From Blepharisma stoltei ATCC 30299 (lineage: Eukaryota > Protista > Ciliophora): 64,000 nt of DNA. Numbering within the stretch: position 1 is the first letter of the stretch; every line of letters begins with the position of its first letter. The stretch is taken from the NCBI GenBank assembly GCA_965603825.1, contig CBFDEM010000053.1:248001-312000 (forward strand), in the 5' to 3' direction. The notes beneath the pieces were generated by a model. That model made no database searches, was not told the DNA's origin, and saw nothing but the letters and a program-made list of their open reading frames with translations. The translations under genes were made by a program, and so were the position numbers. Positions 57,101 through 64,000 of the stretch are shown here, in pieces.

Positions 57101-57735
57101 GGATTACTTATTTCAGGGTTTTCGAGCCTACTCGTTACTTGATTAATTTGCTTTACGAAGTTATGTGGGATATGATTCCATTCTTAGTAACGCTGTTCTA
57201 CTCTACTACAGCGTTTGCAGTCATTTATAGCGCAATGGTTACTGATACTCAAGACCTGACATTTTTCTCATGCATCACGACTGCCTGGAGGATGAATATT
57301 GGAGACTTTTCGACTGACACTTATGATTCTTATCTAACTTGGGGCTTCCATTGGTTCTTCACAGTCTTGAATCCTATAATTTTGATAAACTTGTTGATTT
57401 CGCTTATGGGAACAACGTTTGGGAGGGTGCAGGAAAATAGAGATATTGCTGACAGTTTGGAGCTGGTCAATATGATTATTGAAGGAGAAACTTTATTATT
57501 CTGGAGGAGAAATCTGGGACAAAAAACGTATTTGCAGGTTTGCATGGAAGAAAACAGCCAGGAGGATCAAAATCTAGAAGAGGATGTCAGGAAATTAAAG
57601 AAAATCAAGTACAAGCTTGATGATATGGCCAAAGAAGCTGAGAAGAATGACGAAGAAAATATAGCAATGATTGATAGGATCAGCTCTGCGGTAAATGATC
57701 TCAAATATAAAATCAACTATGGAAGCGAAGTATAG
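54160..57735 (+). CDS. WD40-repeat + ankyrin-like + TRP/polycystin-like cation channel fusion (1191 aa)
   Basis: Many WD repeats (GH..SASADGTIREW; SGSRDGVIKIW); GETALSLSL; 6-TM region ending LINLLISLMGTTFGRV; C-terminal coiled coil. One frame via 6 TGA. Confidence 0.85.
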
Positions 57736-57921
57736 CTAATCCTTTAAATAATCAATAGATTATGATCTCGCTCATTATTTATGATTATAACAGTATTTAT
57801 TTGTAATAATTATTAAAAAAAATCTAGATTATTGCTCGGCTGAATAAGTCATATAATGCTCATGCTTGCCCATATGCATTATATATCATAATGAAAAAAT
57901 TTGAATTTTTTAATACAAATA

Positions 57922-59004
57922 ATGGGTGCTTGCAATTGTGTAGGTGAAAAGAAAGAGCAAGGTGGTGTTGACGTGGAACAAAAAGCTAACTCATCAACTA
58001 AAATTCAGCAGCAAGCTGAGACTTCTAATGATGCAGCCCAAGAATTTTCTTTATCTATTAACATCACAGCAAAACCTCCTTCATATCAAATAATCCAAGT
58101 TCAGTCAGCAGTTCGAGGATATATCGCAAGAAAAATATTTGCATCCACATCCAAACAGCTTTCAAATGCCGCATTGGACTCTATGAATAATCATGAACTC
58201 AACGATGTCCCAGAAAATCTATCAACGGAAGAGGCTCTCCAAGCAAAACTAAGGCTTGGCCCATATGAATTCGACAAAGCTCCTACTCCTGGCACTACTT
58301 GGCGCGGGCCGACCAAATTGCCAGATGGAGCTGTATATGAAGGGGAATGAAATTCACGTGGAAAATCCCACGGAAAAGGCATAATGTATAATACTGATGG
58401 AGGAATTATTGAAGGCAATTGAAGAAATGGGAAGCCTAATGGCCAAGCACGAAGAATTTTCCCTAACGGAGACGTTTATACTGGCGAATTTTTTGAAGGA
58501 AAAATGCACGGAGAAGGAAAATTAGAAAGCAATAGTAAAAGCAGCTTTGAAGGGGGCTGGAAAGAAGACAAACAAAATGGGTTTGGAATAGAATCCTGGC
58601 CAGATGGGGCAAGATTTGAAGGCCATTATATAGATGGATTTAAAGAAGGAAAAGGCAAATTTGTGTGGGCTGATGGAAGCAGCTATGAAGGAGATTTTGT
58701 AGCTAGCAATATTGAAGGCAAAGGGAAGTATATTTGGAATAATGGAAGAGAGTATGAAGGAGACTGAAAAGACAATAAAATGCATGGGTATGGCACTTTC
58801 AGATGGAGTGATGGGAGACTTTATGAAGGAGACTATAATATGGATAAAAAAGAAGGGTTTGGAGTGTTCCATTGGCCTAATGGGAAAAAGTATGAAGGAT
58901 TTTGGAAAGATGGAAAACAGCATGGTGAGGGCACAATGTTTAATGTGAAAGGAAAACCAAAAAAAGGAGTTTGGAAAAATGGGAAACCAGTAGAAAAAGA
59001 ATAG
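57922..59004 (+). CDS. Acylated IQ + MORN-repeat protein (3 UGA-Trp)
   Basis: MGACNC, VQSAVRGYIARK; YEGE-W(TGA) and YEGD-W(TGA) at the MORN Trp position. Confidence 0.92.
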
Positions 59005-59059
59005 TTTTTCATGATTATCTAATAAACCTCAATCACAAGTAGTAATAATAAAAATCAAT

Positions 59060-60178
59060 ATGGGGAAATTCTGGGTCTTTGTATTGGTTGCAGGAATTTT
59101 TATTGCTGTCATAAACAAACTCTGCATAGAAGATCCTGTATATGAAAGCTGCACTGAAAACTTGCCACAGCTCAACTTAGATATGAAGGTCGGCAATGTT
59201 ACTACAGAAGATGGCAAATTGGCTTATTCTGGGTACTTGACCTCTCCAACATTGAAATGGGATCCTAGCATTTTTGAGCACAATTGGAGGTTTAAGCAAT
59301 GGGAATTCTATGGAATTTATGCAGATAACATAACTTTAGCAGTGGCCACAGTAGACTTAGGATATGTGAAAAATGTATTCATCACCATTTACGAAAAGGG
59401 CAAGGATCCTGTCACAATTGAAGAAATAGTACCTTTTTGGGTGCCTTCTAATATGACTCAGGACTCTTTGAAAGGAACAACTAGATTCAATACTACAAAT
59501 TTCTTTATGTTTTTCCATAACAATGGAAAAGATATGAAAACTGTGGTAGCCAACTATAAAAAGACTGAAATTGATATTAACCTGATTTTTGTTAAAGGGA
59601 AGCATCAAGAAGGAATGGTATACTTAGGCCCTATGAATGATGATGGTTCAAAATTCTTTTACTCTCATAAGCAATATAATTATTTAGTAGATGGATACCT
59701 AACTTACAACGGAAAAAATCACTTGTTCAGCAAGCAGCTTGGAGTCATGGATTGGGGAAGAGGAATTTGGCCTTATCACAGCAGATGGATTTGGGCGTCA
59801 GGTCTAGGCGTTCACAAAGGTGTTTATTTAGGCCTCAACATAGGAGAATTGCCAGGTAAAAACCATTACGCAACAGATGATTGTTTATTTGCAAATGAGA
59901 CAGTCATAAAAATAGGTGTTGTAAATACTCAGCATCCTAAAAATCTCCTAGATCCATGGGTCTTTACCACAGTCAACGATCGGCCTCACCCTAATTATGC
60001 ATTCATGAACATGACTTTCTATCCAGAAAAGGTCTTTGAGAAGTCTTTTTCAGTTTGGGTCATCAAATCTGACTTAAAGCAGCTATTTGGGACTTATAAA
60101 GGGATCGTAAGGACGACTGAATATGAAGTAGAAGTAGTCGTCAGAGGATTCATGGAAGTACATCATGCTAGATGGTAA
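59060..60178 (+). CDS. DUF2804-family protein with a signal peptide
   Basis: KQWEFY, DLGY, DWGRGIWPY..WIWASG, QLFGTYKG, EVHHARW. Confidence 0.8.
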   Translation: MGKFWVFVLVAGIFIAVINKLCIEDPVYESCTENLPQLNLDMKVGNVTTEDGKLAYSGYLTSPTLKWDPSIFEHNWRFKQWEFYGIYADNITLAVATVDLGYVKNVFITIYEKGKDPVTIEEIVPFWVPSNMTQDSLKGTTRFNTTNFFMFFHNNGKDMKTVVANYKKTEIDINLIFVKGKHQEGMVYLGPMNDDGSKFFYSHKQYNYLVDGYLTYNGKNHLFSKQLGVMDWGRGIWPYHSRWIWASGLGVHKGVYLGLNIGELPGKNHYATDDCLFANETVIKIGVVNTQHPKNLLDPWVFTTVNDRPHPNYAFMNMTFYPEKVFEKSFSVWVIKSDLKQLFGTYKGIVRTTEYEVEVVVRGFMEVHHARW

Positions 60179-60202
60179 TTAAAAAAAATTAAAAAATAAA
60201 TT

Positions 60203-61546
60203 ATGTCTGAAATTCACACAAAATCACAGCCAATTGAGCCTATCAGAGGCAATTCTTTACAATTTCTCCCCAAGCCTATTCCGCCAAGAAAGAAACCAAC
60301 AGATAAGACAAGGATTATTTTTACACAGCACTTGCAGCCATCAAAAGGAGATTTAAATGTGTCGATTGATGAAGATCTCAAAATCGAACTGGATGTCTCA
60401 CGCTCCAGAAAATCTAGCATAGATTGAGGTTCACCTATAACAGACACCCCAAGAAATAGCAGTTTCAATACAGCATCTTCTCCAGGAAAACCCAAAATAA
60501 AAGGGGTTAAATATTTAGTGCCAGCACTTGGAGATTCTCATATGATTAATGATGATGAAGGCGAAGTTGAGCTTGGCATTTTCTGTATAAATTGTCAAGA
60601 AATGGTTCCTGAGAGCCTCATAGAAAGTCACTCAGCCAGCTGTGTCAGAATCACAGAAGCAGTTTCAAGAGCTGATACTTTAGGAGACCTTGATAGTCTT
60701 AAGCTGAGAATAGAAAAAATGGATGAGTTTTTAGAAAATAAAGACAAAGAAACAATCTATCGACCTTCAGAAAGAAATATTATTGCAGTACTAAAACGGC
60801 TATGTAAAAAATTGCTAGACAGTAATATTGCGAATAACAAAGATTCAAGCTCAGAAGTCATGAAATTAATTAAATCTATGCTGGAAAATTTCAAAGGCTC
60901 TTTATCTTTACGAATTTACAGTGAAAGGCTTTTGACCATTTCGAAAGAGCAACTTGAAGCTTTAGATAAAATTGAGAAAATTGATATAGAAGCAAAAATG
61001 AAAGAAGTTGAACAACTGAAAGCACAAGTAAAAATTTTCAAAGAAAGAGCTGAAACAATACAAAGGACCATTTTCAAAACCAACCCTACAGGATTAAAAC
61101 TTGATTTTGGGCAGCTTGAAGATGTAAATAGTGATTTCAGCAGCGGGAAAACCTTAAGCTCATGTCAATCATTTAGGTCGCTAGTAAGTGATGAGAGAAA
61201 ATCAGAAATTGATTTGCCTCCAGATTTTAACGACACAGAAAACCTTGATTTTCCTATAGGAAATTCTCAAGAAGAGCTGCAAAAATATTTTTATTCACAA
61301 TGTCTAGCCTTAAAACTGAAATATAATTCTAGAGAGCTGGTTAAGCTGATACCCACTTCAAAACTTTATGAAAAAGCGGTTGAAGAAAAAATTCCTGTTG
61401 AAGATTGAGTGAATTTTATTGAGGAAGAGCTCAAACATCCTGATAAATGGGTAAAAAAGCAGTCAAAAAGATCAAGAAGATCCCAGCCGACCAATGGAAA
61501 TAAAAAATTCCAGTCATTCGAAACTATTGCCGAGGAGGATGTATAA
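60203..61546 (+). CDS. Hypothetical protein with a CxxC..HxxxC zinc finger and coiled coil (447 aa; 2 UGA-Trp)
   Basis: FCINCQEMV..HSASC; frame open to TAA at 61544. Confidence 0.75.
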
Positions 61547-61675
61547 GCTGTATTACATTAGAAATAATTGCAAAATAAAATAATTTAAGCACAGCTCTGG
61601 GTCTTTTTGTTTCAAACCTATAGCAGTCTTATTTAAAGATAAATTAATCCACATAAAAGCTTAAATAATTGTGGC

Positions 61676-62074
61676 TTATGGCTCTTTAAGCATTTGTTCC
61701 ATGACTGGTTTGTAGTATTTTATATATAACTGATCATTCAATTGGAGAAACCTTTGTGTAGGAGATGTCTCAATCGCATATGCAAATGGTCCAAGTAGAA
61801 GTATTACCCTGAATAATACTTGGGTGCTAGAAGGATAAGTTGAAATTTTAGATCTCCATGTTGCAGCTGAAAGCAAAACCCCAATCACACCACTAATTGC
61901 AAGTCTCATTTGATTACGATATAATTCATCAGCAAATAATTTCGCATCTTCTTCGTTCATGAAATACTTATAATCACGCTGCATCCTTCTCATTACTTGT
62001 GGTTGGGTCACTGCTTTCTGTCGGAGCTTTTTCTCATATTCATCTAGCTTTTGAAGCTTATCCAAAGATGCCAT
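61676..62074 (-). CDS. Small two-TM hypothetical protein
   Basis: 132-aa ORF with two hydrophobic helices. Confidence 0.7.
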   Translation of the reverse strand: MASLDKLQKLDEYEKKLRQKAVTQPQVMRRMQRDYKYFMNEEDAKLFADELYRNQMRLAISGVIGVLLSAATWRSKISTYPSSTQVLFRVILLLGPFAYAIETSPTQRFLQLNDQLYIKYYKPVMEQMLKEP

Positions 62075-62323
62075 TCTTTTTATTCTTAGATAATTACTTT
62101 CTAGTTTAAATTAAAGAGATTTAAGACAATCTAGTTCAATCTATCATCGATTATTTTTAATATATAGCCTATAGCTTCTGATTATGGATAAAACGTATTA
62201 TTAAAAAAATACTTATCTGATATCCTGATTTATTCTATTTATATACCACCAAAAAACATTATTTCTTCTTATTTAATTGCATAATTAAAGTCTCCCAACT
62301 TTCATAGCCTAATTATAAAATAA

Positions 62324-62947
<624 letters not shown>

Positions 62948-63758
62948 TTGAATTTTAATATGGATAATTATTAATTCGCCGTTATAAATCTCACACCAGA
63001 ATCATATTTTTTCTCTATGAAAATGAATAAAGCTGAAGAGCTCTATATTATGACCAAGCACTATTCTGCTGCGCATTCAAAGAATTCTCCCAGGCTTATA
63101 GTTTTCAATCAGCTCCAGCTAGTAAAATACTTTGTGAGGAAAGAATGTGACTATTTTTTCTATAGATTTCTGTTTTCTCGTTTATCAAGCTTGCTCTTAA
63201 TTGCTTTCAGACTTAATTTAACTTGATTTTCCTATCCTCTGCAGTCCGTAATGCTTTGCTGAGTGTTTAATGAGCGTGATTGTTCATGTATGAATTTTTC
63301 CTTTGATCTTTTAGCTCTTGAGTGCTTATACTTTTTGTAGAGCCATCTAATGCAACTTAGTGTGATTATTGGATATCATCTAGGCCTAGAGTGCATTGTG
63401 AGTGTGGTCTTATCTAGGGGAAACCCCTATATCTAATGTTTAGCTTTGGAATGATTCTTGAAGAAAATCCATAAAATCGCTTAATTTCCACTGAAATCGA
63501 GGAGTATCAGAGTCTCAACTGCATATCTTTAAGGAAAATCTGAAACAGTTTTATACTTTCCTTAGTAATTTTAATAGAGCTTTATTTTCAAGTGGGGGAG
63601 TCTTCAAACTCTAAACATAAACATAGCCTTTATAAATAAAAATTTAAGAGCATATTAAGAAACCCAATCGTAAAATTCATGCGCTTAAACCATGTAATAA
63701 ATATTGATTAATAGATTAGCCTTCTTCATTATAATCAAGAAAACCAATATGATTATGC

Positions 63759-64000
63759 TTAAATTGGATTATTTAGCTGATGCTTTTTTCTTTTCAATTA
63801 TTCCTTTAAGGTGATCTGATATGTCATTTACACATCTCTCCAATTGAGCTGGAGCCATGTCACATCGCTTTTTCTCTTCTTCTGTTTTTATTGCACCTTT
63901 CCTTCCGAGGCATCTCTGAACAGCACAGCAAAATGGTTTGCACCATTTCTCTGCTTCGACTCGGATCTTTTCATCATTCCATGTTACCCTTACTGTAGCT
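63759..64000 (-). CDS. 3' part of a twin-CX9C (Cmc4/MTCP1-like) protein; begins beyond the window
   Basis: CKPFCCAVQRC ... CDMAPAQLERC; TAA at 63759. Confidence 0.65.

Overview
Gene-dense, AT-rich eukaryotic DNA, most consistent with the macronuclear genome of a heterotrich ciliate, probably Blepharisma (inference). Two features seen in the sequence support this. TGA sits in-frame at conserved Trp positions (Rab2, importin-alpha ARM repeats, Myb, MORN, WD40), while genes end in TAA/TAG. Ten 15-16 nt GT..AG introns all carry an A six nt from the 3' end. The supplied standard-code ORF track therefore fragments many genes. Re-reading with UGA=Trp plus tiny introns gives about 45 intact genes, including serC x2, RPAP3-like, DUF229-like, ODA-DC3, an E2/E3BP-like protein, a DEAD helicase, two Mybs, ATG18/WIPI, importin-alpha, a CEP350-like protein, a PZP/PHD protein, an ion-channel adenylyl cyclase, Unkempt, F-BAR, a CCP deglutamylase, a WD40-TRP-like channel, DUF2804 and Rab2. 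The most unusual items are: a TA-bounded, GC-rich 93-bp near-perfect palindrome (IES/MITE-like) inserted in a pseudogene; a serC tandem duplication that created a chimeric NDK-like gene ending in out-of-frame RPAP3 sequence; an importin-alpha ending TGA-TAA; very uneven UGA usage among genes; and a WD40-ankyrin-TRP-like channel fusion. No tRNA, rRNA, CRISPR array or transposase was seen. All calls were made by eye, with no database searches.
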